64,000 nt of DNA from Octopus bimaculoides (lineage: Eukaryota). The DNA is taken from positions 114,912,555 to 114,976,554 of the forward strand of contig NC_068983.1 in NCBI RefSeq assembly GCF_001194135.2. Direction: 5' to 3'. A model generated the notes under the pieces. The model was not told the origin of the DNA and did no database searches. It saw only the letters and a program-made list of their open reading frames with translations. Every line of letters begins with the position of its first letter. The first letter of the stretch is position 1. Position numbers and translations under genes: made by a program. This document shows positions 39,619-53,000 of the stretch, piece after piece.

Positions 39619-39689
39619 AGATGGCTATGGGACTCGAACCCACACCTCTCAGATACCGGCTGAGTACTTTACCATTAAGCTAAGCTGCT
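39619..39689 (-). pseudogene. tRNA-like sequence (Thr-like, GGT at the anticodon position) followed by a T6 Pol III terminator
   Basis: A box TAGCTTAATGG, D stem GCTT/AAGT, anticodon stem CTCAG/CTGAG with 7-nt loop CCGGTAT, T arm GTGGG-TTCGAGT-CCCAT. Acceptor stem has only 3 contiguous Watson-Crick pairs. TTTTTT about 8 nt downstream. Confidence 0.6.
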
Positions 39690-41127
39690 TAACCATTATA
39701 CTGAAAGCATGATAATCTACATGAAGCTCTAAATTTAAAAGTAGATGTCATACATCTATTTATATTAACAAGACACAATATATATATATATATATANNNN
39801 NNNNNNNNNNNNNNNNNNNNNNNNNNNNNNNNNNNNNNNNNNNNNNNNNNNNNNNNNNNNNNNNNNNNNNNNNNNNNNNNNNNNNNNNNNNNNNNNNNNN
39901 NNNNNNNNNNNNNNNNNNNNNNNNNNNNNNNNNNNNNNNNNNNNNNNNNNNNNNNNNNNNNNNNNNNNNNNNNNNNNNNNNNNNNNNNNNNNNNNNNNNN
40001 NNNNNNNNNNNNNNNNNNNNNNNNNNNNNNNNNNNNNNNNNNNNNNNNNNNNNNNNNNNNNNNNNNNNNNNNNNNNNNNNNNNNNNNNNNNNNNNNNNNN
40101 NNNNNNNNNNNNNNNNNNNNNNNNNNNNNNNNNNNNNNNNNNNNNNNNNNNNNNNNNNNNNNNNNNNNNNNNNNNNNNNNNNNNNNNNNNNNNNNNNNNN
40201 NNNNNNNNNNNNNNNNNNNNNNNNNNNNNNNNNNNNNNNNNNNNNNNNNNNNNNNNNNNNNNNNNNNNNNNNNNNNNNNNNNNNNNNNNNNNNNNNNNNN
40301 NNNNNNNNNNNNNNNNNNNNNNNNNNNNNNNNNNNNNAAGTGTCTCTGTAGTGGTCTCACGAATCTCCTTCTGATGGGGCATGTCTGGGTGTGTTTCTGC
40401 TTCTTCATCTTGACATTGAATGATAGTTGTAAACAAGTATCACCATCATACAAGCAGAATATAATTTGTTTCCAGTTTCCTGTGAGAAAAAAAACATGTT
40501 TGGTATTGTGGAAATATTATTACCTTGCTTGGAAACAAGTGAGGGTTGGCAACAAGAAGGGCATCCAACCATGGAAGATCTGCTGCAACAAATTCTGTTT
40601 GAACCACGTAAGCATGGAAAAGTGGATGTTAAAATAATGACAATGAGGACGATGATGATGATGATGATGATGGTGATGATGAAATACGTAGGAGGACTAA
40701 CTAAAATGACTTTTCTGTAAAAAAAAAATTTAATGGCTTTATTATAAAAGGAAGTAAAGTGACATATGAGCAGAGTCAATAGAGCATCAGGTGCAATGCT
40801 TGGCAGTATTTGTTACAGTTCTTTGTAGTGAAATATGAGACCCTATTTCACCTCCTATTGCGATGCCTTGTCGGTGATGAGAAATAGGATATTCAAAGAA
40901 CCAGCTGACTGTGACAGGCCTCCATAGTTAGACAGTGTGATACATTAACAGGGGCAGCATCTTGGCCACATCAATTACAAAACTAGTGGACCCTGAATTG
41001 CATTGGGATAAATGCAGGAACAGAATAGTCAGAAAAATCTATTACCATTTTCCAGGATCTCTGAGGTTCAGGGAAGTGGGAGGGGTGGTGGATAATGGAG
41101 TAATAAACCACAGCATATGATTTATCC

Positions 41128-41500
41128 GTGGAGGCGCAATGGCCCAGTGGTTAGAGCAGCGGACTCACGGTCATAGGATCGCGGTTTTGATTCCCAGACC
41201 GGGCGTTGTGAGTGTTTATTGAGCAAAAACACCTAAAGCTCCACGAGGCTCCGGCAGGGGATGGTTGCGAACCCTGCTGTACTCTTTCACCACTTTCTCT
41301 TACTTCCTGTTTCTGTTGTGCCTGTAATTCAAAGGGTCAGCCTTGTCACACTGTGTCACGCTGAATATCCCTGAGAACTACGTTAAAGGTACACGTGTCT
41401 GTGGAGTGCTCAGCCACTTGCACATTAATTTCACGAGCAGGCTGTTCCGTTGATTGGATCAACTGGAACCCTCGACGTCGTAAGCAATGGAGTGCCAACA
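41128..41500 (+). mobile_element. SINE family A
   Basis: 11-bp TSD ATGATTTATCC. Confidence 0.92.
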
Positions 41501-43890
41501 CACATGATTTATCCTCACACTTGTAATCTAGTCCAAAGACTTCTTGGATCACAGTGGGTACTGCTCAAGGGACTGAAAAATCAGACAGTGTTGTTAAATG
41601 GAAGAACAGAAACTCTTTAGCATTTAAACAGACCAAAATATTCTATCTGTTTTATATATTTAAACTGGCCAGATCAAGCGTCTCACAGCTACCCTACAAT
41701 GACAGTCTAAAAATAAACAATCACATCACTGAAATCTCAATGCATGGTTGCTTAAAAACCACATAAATAAATAAGCATTACAGACCAATCTGAATGCTAA
41801 AGTGTTAAGTCTGCATACAAAAACAAATGTACCTCAAAGAGTAGACATTATCCGTCCATTTTATTTCACTCACAAAGATGGGGTAAACATAAGGTTATGG
41901 TATCCCAAGGTGCATTGCAGTGGAATTGAACCTAGAACTCTGTCATTAGGAAGAGGACTTTTTAACTACATTGCCATATCACCTCCATCAAAGTTTATTA
42001 TAACCTTGTGCTGACATTAATCATTGGTTTCTTTTGAGAGGAGACAAAGGCCCTATATTTTAAAGGAGAGAAAAAAATGTTTTGACAATGATGTCTTTGT
42101 CCAGTACATTAACAACACTTCTGTATTATATTTCAATGAGTCATTATGAATAGAGATTTTTGAATATACAGGAGGACATTAATATAAGTGGAAAGAGGAG
42201 AAAATACCACAAATGAGTCTAAGATCAACTCTGCTGGGCAAACATACAATCAAAAGCATTTCAGCCATGAGCATCTGGGACTACATTATCTAGTGTGTCC
42301 TCATAACTATTTATAACAAATCAAACAACTTGAATAGATGATATTGCCTTCAATGTAAGAGTGGATGTAGCTGGGTGTGTAAAGAAGCCGTCATTAATAA
42401 TGGGTAGGAAGAGGATTAGTGGGTGAGGATAAATAACAAATCCTTGTAGAATGGGATCAGTTTTTACAATGGAACAAAGTTGCTGATCCAATTAAGTCAG
42501 CTAGAAAAGAAATCTATGTAAATATTTCCAAAGACCTGAAGGATTTTAAAGACCAGCACTTAAAATCAAAAAGGGAACCTCTAAAAGAATGCACAATCTA
42601 CTAGAAGTACCAGCCAAATTTCCCTCAAATTGTTGCCCATGAATTTAAAAGAAAATAACACATTGCAAAATGTAGTCATAAATATGAGTGAATGAACAGA
42701 CCCATCCTCCTGGGTGATCTACACTTAAAATATACTGTCTGGAAAAAATTAACTGGCTAACCATGATGCCAGCACCTGTTCTGGCACTGTCGATCTATAT
42801 ATCACTGGCAGAGAGATGAATGGTTGCCGCTTCTAGTGGTCAAGTGTCCATCATTGACAAGACCAAACAAGGAGGTTGAAATCATGTGATCTGGTGGTCT
42901 TGGAGGTAGCAGGGATTTGCCTCCCCTATAGCAATATAAACAAGAGCACATTTTGCAACAAAAAGCCAATATGAGAGTTTCTCTCATGGTAACTACTGCT
43001 GTATAGTTTGTTCTAATAGAGCATCCAAGTTAAAGTGAGTACAAATACTACCTCTCAGTATTACTACTGCCTCTGTCACAAATATATATTTTATAATGTA
43101 GGATGATCAAAACTGGAAAGTGTTTGACTCTAGATTTGCTCAGTCAAAGATGATTGGATGGTAGTGGCGGTGGTGGTGGTGGGGGTCATGACAACAACCA
43201 GTTGTCTTTTACTCAAAAGATTCAAAAAGACAAAAAAAAAAAAATGTTTCAAAACTTGAGAGGGGTAGCCCAGCTGGATCAAGTGCTTTACAATTTGATG
43301 CCTTACTTTAGCTATAAAAGTTTCAACTAGGTAGAAAGTGATGTAAGCAGACACCCATAACTAAGTCAGTGCTATTTACTTGCCTACAAGACACTAAGCA
43401 GTGCAAGTCTAGAAGTAGGTGTTTAGGTAGTGTGTGAATGACACCTGTTTGAGGAAGGTTAAAAGTGAGTAATGATATCATTTACATGGGAGTGAACGTT
43501 GTAAGTGACAACAAATGGTAAAAGCAAAGCAACCTACATTTTAATAGAGGTAACTTAAAAAGACAAATCATTCTTTCGAAAGCACAAAGAGCAAGTACTG
43601 GACACTAATTAATTTTACCTGATAATGTTTTAAAATAGAGTGACCAGCGATTAATCAATAAAGTCTAGAGAAATAATATATGGTTAAATTAACTGTTGCA
43701 GCATTTAGACAAAGTTGGTCAGTTAATTAGTTAGCCCTCAGAAATTAAACTAGTTATCCCTCAGAAACTAAACTAGGACAAAATTCAGAATCTAATTATT
43801 TGGATCTACAACTTAAGATATGGCAGCATATTGTAGAAATCAAGAGTAACAAACTACAAAAAGAGCTTAAATAAGCTAAACACACACACA

Positions 43891-43985
43891 TACAAGGGTT
43901 GGCTGAAAAGTCTACAAGCTGACCAAAATATTCTCATGGAATATGACCAAAAGCACTTTATTTTTCAATATAGTGAAATCATAGT
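43891..43985 (+). mobile_element. Mariner-like terminal fragment
   Basis: TA-CAAGGGTTGGCTGAAAAGT resembles a mariner TIR; no partner end seen. Confidence 0.4.
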
Positions 43986-44652
43986 AGTGGACAATTCCAG
44001 TGCCGTCTGACTGGCATCCATGCCGGTCGCACGTAAAAAGCACCGTTTGTGCATTGGGCCTCTTAAAGGCAGTGATGTCAAGCTGAGTGAGATCTGGCCC
44101 ATTAAAAGCATCTTTCAATCATTGAGTGATATGCTGTGCTTGTGAACTGAGTGAACTGAGTAAAATCATAGTTGTGGCCTCATTGAGGCAGTAATAGGTG
44201 ACCAAGACCCTTGGTGACATACTGTGCTTGTGTTAACCTGTCAAGCCAAGTGAGACCATAGTCGTGGCCAATGCCAGTGGTAGGTGAAAGGCACCCATGC
44301 TGGTGACACATTAAAAGCATCCATTACATTCTCAAGGTGGTTGGCATTAGGATGGGCATCCAGCCCCGTAGAAACCTTGCCAAATCAGATTGGAACCTGG
44401 TGCAGCCCCCTCCCTCTCCGACCCAACGATAGGCATTGCACACAAAGTCTAGGTTCTGTCTAGGGGAACTTGTGTCAGAGGATGGAAGGTTAGAATGTGA
44501 CAAAGAGACAAAAGCAGGTGTCTTGCCACAACAGAGGGGGACATTAAAGGAGGTGATCCAGTACCCGAGGATGAAAGGTTAGAGTGTAACAGAGAAACAG
44601 AGAGGCAGAAATAGGTGATTTGCTACAGAAGAAGTACATGGAGAGAGAGAGG

Positions 44653-44736
<84 letters not shown>

Positions 44737-44978
44737 GCTCACAAGTAACAAGAATATGAGTGTAGAACCTAGTTAGAAAAATAGGGTGCAGGTGTGAGTG
44801 ATGGGGGAGCAGTGATACAGTGAGCACAGCAGTGAGGGCAAGAAAGGGGATTGGAAAACAATCATAATGTATGAGGTGGAAATGTGAGAAAAAGAAAGAT
44901 GCAATTAGAAGAAGGGTAGAGTGGGTGAAAAGTGTGTTATTACATATGGGTGGAACACAACTCTTCTAGTACTCACTT

Positions 44979-45556
44979 TCATTGATGGGTCTTCCCTAGG
45001 ACCTCATATTGCCAAACATCTTGGTCTACTGTCATTTCCTCCACGAGCCCCAACATCCTAAGATCAATCCTCACCACTCCATCCCATGTCTTCCTGGGTC
45101 TCCCTCTTCCACAGGTACCATCCACTTTCAGTGACAGACACTTCTGTATACAGCTGTCTTCACTTATACATNNNNNNNNNNGTACCATCCACTTTCAGTG
45201 ACAGACACTTCTGTATACAGCTGTCTTCACTTATACATATCATGTGTCCAAACCCATGCAGTCTCCTCTCTTGCATACCACATTTAATCCCTTTTATGCC
45301 TAACTTTTCTGTCAACACAGTTGTGCTTTGTTGGTCATGCACACTGATGTTGCAAATCCAATGGAGCATACTACCTTCCTTCCTTTCCAGCCTATGCATG
45401 TTCTCCACAGTCAGAGCCCATGTCTCACTACCATGTAACATAGCCATTCACACACAAGCATCATACAACCTACCTTTCACTTTGAGAGAGAGTCCTATTG
45501 CTGCCAACAGAGGTAGTGGTTCTCTGAATTTCCTCCACCCTATTCTTATTCTAGAA
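44979..45556 (-). mobile_element. RTE LINE ORF C-terminal fragment
   Basis: SRIRIGWRKFRE..KVKGRLYDACV..MLHGSETW..ERRLH.FGH..GRGRPRKTWDGVV..EVLGKTHQ. Confidence 0.9.
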
Positions 45557-45572
45557 ACAATATATATATACA

Positions 45573-46018
45573 GGTCCAGTGGAGCACTAAGAGCACCGTC
45601 CGAGCGTGATCGTTCCCAGATCAGCTGTCTGGCTTCCGTGCCGGTGGCATGTAAATAGCACCATTTGAGCGTGATCGTTACCAACGTCGCCTTCCTGGCA
45701 CGTGAAAAGACATTCGAGCGAGATCGTTGCCAGTGCCGCTGGACTGGCTCCTGTGCAGGTGGCATGTAAAATACACCATTTCGAGCGTGGCCGTTGCCAG
45801 TACTGCCCGACTGGCCTTGGTGCCGGTGGCATGTAAAAGCACCCACTACACTCTTGGAGTGGTTGGTGTTAGGAAGGGCATCCAGCTGTAGAAACTCTGC
45901 CAAATCAGATTGGTGCCTGGTGTAGCCATCTGGTTTCACCAGTCTTCAGTCAAATCATCCAACCCATTCTAGCATGGAAAGCGGACGTTAAACAATGATG
46001 ATGATGATGATGATGATG
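45573..46018 (+). mobile_element. RTE LINE 3' UTR with (GAT)n tail
   Basis: Homologous to 51472-51930 and 6628-7017. Confidence 0.85.
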
Positions 46019-46019
46019 A

Positions 46020-46452
46020 GGTCATCGTCGACTTATGACCTATCTGACTTACGACCAATTAACTTTACAACAATTGGCATGCCAGCTCCCAGCAGCAATA
46101 ATAAATAGTCAAGTTGAAATCTAATGGGTTTAATTTCTTAGAAATTAACCTGTCTATGGATGATGTCAGCTTACAAACGCTTCCCCTAGGTTTGGTAATC
46201 AATCACCATTGTGTTGGATGACTATCCTGTCATGGAGGCATCGAAGCAACCTCATATTTTTTTATAAGATGACTGCTTGAGAGCCTGAAATTTTTGACAA
46301 ACACCAGTATAATAGTATAATACAGAATGCTGTATAAGACTTTTACCTGAGAAAGTACCGTATGAATGTAAAAATATAAAACAAAGCTATCTAGGCCTAT
46401 AGGCTGACTTATGACCAGTCAGTTGGAACCAATTGTGGTCATAAGTCGACGA

Positions 46453-46455
<3 letters not shown>
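46020..46455. mobile_element. MITE with 16-bp perfect inverted repeat (pogo/Tigger-like)
   Basis: TCGTCGACTTATGACC (46025-46040) / GGTCATAAGTCGACGA (46437-46452), plus a subterminal GACTTATGACC repeat. Confidence 0.65.
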
Positions 46456-46489
<34 letters not shown>

Positions 46490-47709
46490 NNNNNNNNNNN
46501 NNNNNNNNNNNNNNNNNNNNNNNNNNNNNNNNNNNNNNNNNNNNNNNNNNNNNNNNNNNNNNNNNNNNNNNNNNNNNNNNNNNNNNNNNNNNNNNNNNNN
46601 NNNNNNNNNNNNNNNNNTGATGATGATCATGGATGAAATCCAGCATTAAGATTTTTTGATTAAGTAGTGAGAGAAGTGAAACATTAAAACAGATTAAGGT
46701 AATGTGACAATAGCAACAACGACATTCAGAAATAAACTATAATGACTTTAACACAGCTGAGTTAATTGACACAAATGCAGCAGATCTGAACACATACAAG
46801 GACATACATCAGTATTCACTACATACACTCTATACACACACACAAAAGAAAACGAATAAACAGCCATAAGTGAAGAACAAGGTATATTGATTGAGCTAAT
46901 AAAGGGAGCCTCTATGTGGCTGCTTAACTTGCTAGAATTAGCAGTCAGATATCTCCCTCAGATCTCCTTCTATCTTTAAAATGGAAGGGATCATACTGGG
47001 CAGTTATAGATGTACAAAAAGACAAGATGGTCTTGACTAAAGTATCTTTGATCATAAGTCTACAGGATGAAGAATGACTTTTTTTTTTATGACTGGGTTC
47101 CAACCCAGGCTGCAGCAACAAAGTCCACCCACCACACTTCTTGGTCCAAAATCACTGCCTTGAGGTCCTGGATACATTCCAGGTGAGTGCCTGCAATCAA
47201 GTTGTTGGTATAAGTGTGACAATGTTTTCCTCTTCTTACATCACCATGAAGTGGGTTCTACAAGACTAATTTGGATGCCTCCAATTCAGGTTGGTGCATA
47301 CAAGTGACCAGATAGCCACAGCTGCAGAATGGACTCCGGAGCTCAACAACAATACAAGCAACATCAACACACAAACACACTTCATATGAAATGTAGTTAT
47401 TCATAACCACACTCTTGTCTCTTCACACACACACCCCTCTCTCTCATGAAATCAGCAATATAGGTGAGAGGAGTAGATTTATATTTTACATACAGAATAT
47501 CTCCCAGGTTTTTCTCCATTTTCAGAGTTTTCTAAAGAAACATGATTCATACAGGACAAGGATAACCTTTATAGCCTATGTAGAGTCTTAATTGATTCCC
47601 CCCCCCCCCCAGGAAGACCCAACTGACCACATGTTGCTCAGACATGCTTTTTGTAAAGGCCAGGTGTATAATACTAGTGAGTATATTTACAAGACATAGA
47701 TATACTTAC

Positions 47710-47783
47710 TGAAAGCTGTCCAACACAGCCAAACAATTGTATAAACTACCACTAGAGGATACTGGTGACAAGGAAGTATGAAT
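47710..47783 (-). CDS. Candidate 74-nt exon
   Basis: gctgaccttctgtcttag acceptor, TCA|gtaagt donor. Open as FILPCHQYPLVVVYTIVWLCWTAF (phase 2-1) or IHTSLSPVSSSGSLYNCLAVLDSF (phase 0-2). Confidence 0.4.
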
Positions 47784-47868
47784 CTAAGACAGAAGGTCAG
47801 CACAAAAGCCATAAGTTCAAACTATAGTCAAATATCATGTTTTGCTTAAATTCATTCATATTGTTTGC

Positions 47869-48095
47869 TTAATCCTTTAGCAATTAAACCAGCCATACCT
47901 GGCTCAAATATTCTACTGTTTTATGTTCAAACTAGCTAGATCTGGTCCCTCACACTTACCCTACAATGTTATTCTAAAAATAAACAACCACATCACCAAA
48001 ATCTTAAAGCTGTGAGATAATGCACGATTAATTCAAAACAATGTGAATAAAGAAGTATTATATTTGACCAAATAATCTGAATGCTAAGGGGTTAA
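47869..48095. mobile_element. piggyBac-like MITE family E
   Basis: TTAA-TCCTTTAGC ... GCTAAGGGG-TTAA. Confidence 0.75.
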
Positions 48096-48767
48096 ATCAA
48101 CCTTAATCATCATCATCATCCTTTTAATGTCTACTTTTCCATGCTTGCATGGATCAGATGAAACTGCATTTAGGCAAAGTTTTCTACAGTGGGATGCCCC
48201 TGCCCCATGTCAACCCTCACCTGTTTCTAAGTAATGCAATAAACCTCTTGTATATCAAACAATGAACCCCCTGGACATGTTTATGTGGAAAACTAGAAAC
48301 AAATGACATTGGCTGAATGCACATTTTGTTTTTACAAAGATCACACATGCCAAGAAGCTCGGCCATGATTTTGCAATGAACTGCAAGCAAACAGCATTGT
48401 CAGAATGAACAGTGATGCTTTTGCTTACAATCAGCAAATACACACGAAGATGAGAGGAAATACAAACTCCCCTCGATAAACATCAGTAGTGTGCAGAGGA
48501 ATTATTTGCATTCTTTTAAACTGCTGGTCTTCTTCAACAAAAATCTTGTCCTAGCCTGCACATGTGCAGATGTATGGTCATGTTTTTCTAGCCAGAAAAT
48601 AGAAGAACAAGGTTGAGAATTTTTAAGAAATACACTTAGTTGGAAATACAATACATGAAGACTCAAAATTCACAATTTTGTACATATTCAGTACAAAATA
48701 CATCTAAATGAGAAGACATAAAACTTGGGATATAAAAAATATGAAAATTTGTAAGATTAAAAGTCAT

Positions 48768-49170
48768 GAGCATGCCAAGAAAAGACGTGGTACCTACTAT
48801 ACAGGTACACATATCAAGAAAAGATGTAGAGCCAACTATACAGTTAGGCATGACAAAAAAAGATGCAGTAGACATTGTACAGCTAAGCATGTCAAGAAAA
48901 GATGTGATAGACACTATATGTAAAACTAGGTATGTCAAGAAAAGATGCAGTAGACACTGTACAGCTAAGCATGTCAAGAAAAGATGTGATAGACACTATA
49001 TGTACAACTAGGCATGTCAAGAAAAGATATGATAAATGCTATGTGTAAAACTAGGCATGTCAAGAAAAGATGTGGTACCTAACTATGTACATCTAGGCAT
49101 GTTCAAAACAACAGAGTACACTCTGTACAGTTAGGAGCATCAAGAAAAAACGGGGGTACTCTCTGAACAG
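48768..49170. repeat. Minisatellite, ~10 units of 38-43 bp
   Basis: Recurrent GCATGTCAAGAAAAGATG core followed by variable ACACT(A/G)T..ACA(A/G)CTA. Confidence 0.9.
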
Positions 49171-49270
49171 CATGGCATGCTGTGGGTTAAGGTCTAAGTA
49201 TCCTCAAGCCAGTAGTGATTCACTAATCTTAATAACATGACCATTTCACCCTAACACTTAGTCGTCTACA

Positions 49271-49328
<58 letters not shown>

Positions 49329-50148
49329 AGCATAGACAGAAGGATGGGAACATATTTAGAATGACTACCTACAGTTAAGTCTGGTCTATTATATAAGAAA
49401 AAAAAACCCTTCTTCATAGGCAATTAATGAACCATCTACCACTTTTTAATAGCTATAAGCTTTTGAACCAGTTTTTGTTTTACACTGCTATTTAATTTTA
49501 CTGGTAGTTTTATTGATGTTTAATTTCATTTGAAGTTCTTTTTAGTTATTCTTGTTATTTAATCTCATTGTTTGTGCTGTTATTGTAGTTGCTATTTAAT
49601 TTTATTGTTAGTGTTGCTGTTGTTGTTATGATTGCTGCTTCAAGTTTTCATTTCTTTTCCTCCTCCCTCCTGCTTGAGTTTCTGTTTTATTTTTTTTTCT
49701 GTTTTGTTTTTTTTTGTTTTTTTTTATTTCTGAGGGTTTCTATTTTTGTTTTTGTCTTTGTTTTTTTTATCCTCCGCCATCCCTACCACCTCTAAAGCTT
49801 AGTTTGAACAGAACCAGGCTATCATCTTATAATAGAGGCAGGCATAAAGAGATTACAACAACAGACTATGAAATATCAAGACATAAACTTAAATAACAAC
49901 AACAACAACAAATGAACAATTGTTGGTATTCTCTTTTAATCCTGTCTTCTTCTTGATTATATATAAAAAAAAAACAATAACAAAGAAGTAAAAACAAGGG
50001 AAAACTGAAACAAAACATGTCCAGAGTTATGACACAGACTGTCAAAATGAAGTCTTACTGCGGAATACTAACGGTTAACACCTCTGTCTTTCATACATTC
50101 ACACACACACACACATATACACACATAAATATATGAACGATATCAAGT

Positions 50149-50851
50149 AAGGGGTTCTCAACCACTTTTTACCTATGGACCCCTTTGATTACTATTTTAT
50201 TCTGGTAGCCCTCATAGCCATTCAATTTCCTATTTTGTTTTTCACTCATCCACTTGTGTAGGTTGAACTATGTTTTGTTGTTGGCACTCCGTCGCTTACG
50301 ACGTCGAGAGTTCCAGTTGATCCAATCAACGGAACAGCCTGCTCGTGAAATTAACGTGCAAGTGGCTGAGCACTCCACAGACACGTGTACCCTTAACGTA
50401 GTTCTCGGGGATATTCATTGTGACACAGTGTGACAAGGCTGACCCTTTGAAATGCAAGTACAACAGAAACAGGAATGAGAGAAAGTTGTGGTGAAAGAGT
50501 ACAGCAGGGTTCGCTACCATCCCCTGCTGGAGCCTCGTGGAGCTTTTAGGTGTTTTCGCTCAATAAACACTCACAACGCCCGGTCTGGGAATCGAAACCG
50601 CGATCCTATGACCGCGAGTCCGCTGCCCTTACCACTGGGCCATTGCGCCTCCACGGTTGAACTACGTATATGTTAGAGAAAGAAACATAGCTGTTTCTTG
50701 CAATACATACCAATAGATACACCTAAAGCAAAAATTTTTCAGGGCCCTTAAAATACTATTGTAGATCCCCAATTTACTATTTTGTAGTGTGGACCCCACA
50801 AAATCTTATGTGGACCCTTAGGGGCCATATGGACCCAATTGAGAACCACTG
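50149..50851. mobile_element. hAT (Charlie-like) MITE interrupted by a SINE A
   Basis: AAGGGGTTCTCAACC ... ATTGAGAACCACTG ends with GGACCC subterminal repeats. Confidence 0.6.
50274..50654 (-). mobile_element. SINE family A nested in the hAT MITE
   Basis: 13-bp TSD GGTTGAACTA(T/C)GT. Confidence 0.92.
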
Positions 50852-51187
50852 GTGTAATTGTTATGCCCAATGCAATCTGTACAGCCTAATGAGGAAGCCT
50901 TTACATAGTATTCAACCTGCTGGAAATAGTAACCAAATGTGTCTCATATCCCATCTAACAGTCTTAAAAAAGTGGGGGGAAATGCATTGGTTAATGTGGT
51001 AACTAATGTATTATGCCTGAAAAAGAAAAATAACAGATAGGATGGTCATGGCTGGTATGCCTTTGATCATAACATAAGTCTGCTTAAGCAAGGGCGATTT
51101 GGGACCCAGAATCATCATCCAGACTTCAAAGGAATTTAAAAAGGATGGTTCTGTTGCTCCAGTCTCATAGCATTACACAGAGCCAAG

Positions 51188-51410
51188 TTAACCCTTTAGC
51201 ACTTAAACTGGCCATATCAGGCCCAAATATTCAACTTGCTTTATGTTCAAACTGGCCAGATCCAGCCTCTCACACCTACCCTACGATGTCATTCTTAAAA
51301 TAAACAAACACATTATCATCATCTCAAAGCTACAAGATAATGCATGATTATTTAAAAAATGTGAATAAATAACTGTTACATTTAATAGAATAATTTGAAT
51401 TCTAAAGCAT
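51188..51410. mobile_element. piggyBac-like MITE family E
   Basis: TTAACCCTTTAGCA left end; right end degenerate. Confidence 0.7.
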
Positions 51411-51471
51411 TCAATCTCCCTCAGAGTGGAGGTTCATACTGTACAACATACAGGTATCCAATGCATGATAT

Positions 51472-52460
51472 CATCATCATCATCATCATCTTTGTTTAAC
51501 GTCCGCCTTCCATGCTAGCATGGGTTGGACGATTTGACTGAGGACTGGCGAACTGGATGGCTGCACCAGGCTCCAATCTGATCTGGCAGAGTTTCTACAG
51601 CTGGATGCCCTTCCTAATGCCAACCACTCTGAGAGTGTAGTGGGTGCTTTTACGTGTTACCGGCACGAGGGCCAGTCAGGCAGTACTGGCAATGGCCATG
51701 CTCAAAATGGTGTTTTTTATGCGCCACCTGCACAGGAGCAAGTCCAGCAGCACTGGCAACGACATCGCTCAAATGTTTTTTCACATGCCACCGGCACAAG
51801 TGCCAGTAAGGCGACGCTGGTAACAATCACACTCACTCAAACGGTGCTATTTACGTGCCACTGGCACGGAAGCCAAGCAGCTGCTCTGGCAATGATCATG
51901 CTCAGACGGTACTCTTAGCGCTCCACTGGCACAGGTGCCAGTCATCGAATTTGGTTCAATCCCAATTTCGATTTCTCTTGCCCCAACAGGTCTTCGCAAG
52001 TTAAGTTTAGTGTCCAATGAAGGAGAAGTTGGCATGGGTGCCAGTCGTCGAATTTGGATTGATTTCATTTGCCTCAACAGGTCTTCACAAACAGAGTTTA
52101 GTGTCCAACGAAGGAAAGGTATACATAAGTGGGCTGGCTACACCCCTGGCAGAGGCCTCGGATTATGGTCTCACTTGGCTTGCCAGGTCTTCTCAAGCAC
52201 AGCATATTTCCAAAGGTCTCAGTCACTAGTCATTGTCTCGGTGAGGCCTAATGTTCAAAGGTCATGCTTCACCACCTCATCCCAGGTCTTCCTGGGTCTA
52301 CCTCTTCCACAGGTACCCTCAACCACTAGACTGTGGCACTTTTCACACAGCTATCCTCATCCATTCTCGCCACATGACCATACCAGCGCAGTCGTCTCTC
52401 TTGCACACCACAACTGATGCTTCTTAGGTCCAACTTTTCTCTCAAGGTACTTACACTCTG
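51472..52460 (-). mobile_element. RTE LINE 3' end: ORF C-terminus, repeat-rich 3' UTR and (GAT)n tail
   Basis: LREKLDLRSISCGVQERRLRWYGHVARMDEDSCVKKC..GRGRPRKTWDEVVKHDL runs directly into the UTR family also seen at 6628, 45573 and 58690. Confidence 0.9.
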
Positions 52461-52901
52461 TCGAGTATGCACTAGAAAAAGGCACTGAAAATGTTGATTG
52501 TGATAACATATACCGCCAAGTCAATGATAATGGTAATGAGAACAAAGATATTGTGAAAGTAAGCACTATCACCACTCCTCACAATTGTAGCTTGATCACC
52601 TACTGAATGGCAATTTGATAGAAATTCACCTCACAATCAATACCGTTTGATGGAATAGTCATACAGTCATTCCACTGCTACCAAGAATAGATGTTGAGAA
52701 ACAAAAAAAAAACCAAACCATTGGTACTTAAACATTTCATCCTTCCTTTAGGTTCTGGGTTACAATTCTGCCAAGGTTGACTTTGCCTTTCATCCTATTG
52801 GGGTTAATAAAATAAGTACCAGCTGAATACTGGGGTCGATGTAATCACCTGTCTCCCTCCTCTAAGTTTCATATTTTGTGTCTATAGTAGTAAGGATTAC
52901 T

Positions 52902-52932
<31 letters not shown>

Positions 52933-52969
52933 TTATTATTATTAATATTATTATTATTATTATTATTAT

Positions 52970-53000
<31 letters not shown>

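Noticed and set aside
44979-46018. Possible twin-priming 5' inversion (RTE ORF end on minus joined to RTE 3' UTR on plus)
   Set aside because: The ORF part is clearly diverged from the 52.2-52.5 kb ORF that carries this UTR, and no TSD is visible. Two independent insertions are more likely.
48768-49170. CRISPR-like appearance of the repeat array
   Set aside because: Eukaryotic context, spacers are homologous to each other, and no cas genes are present.
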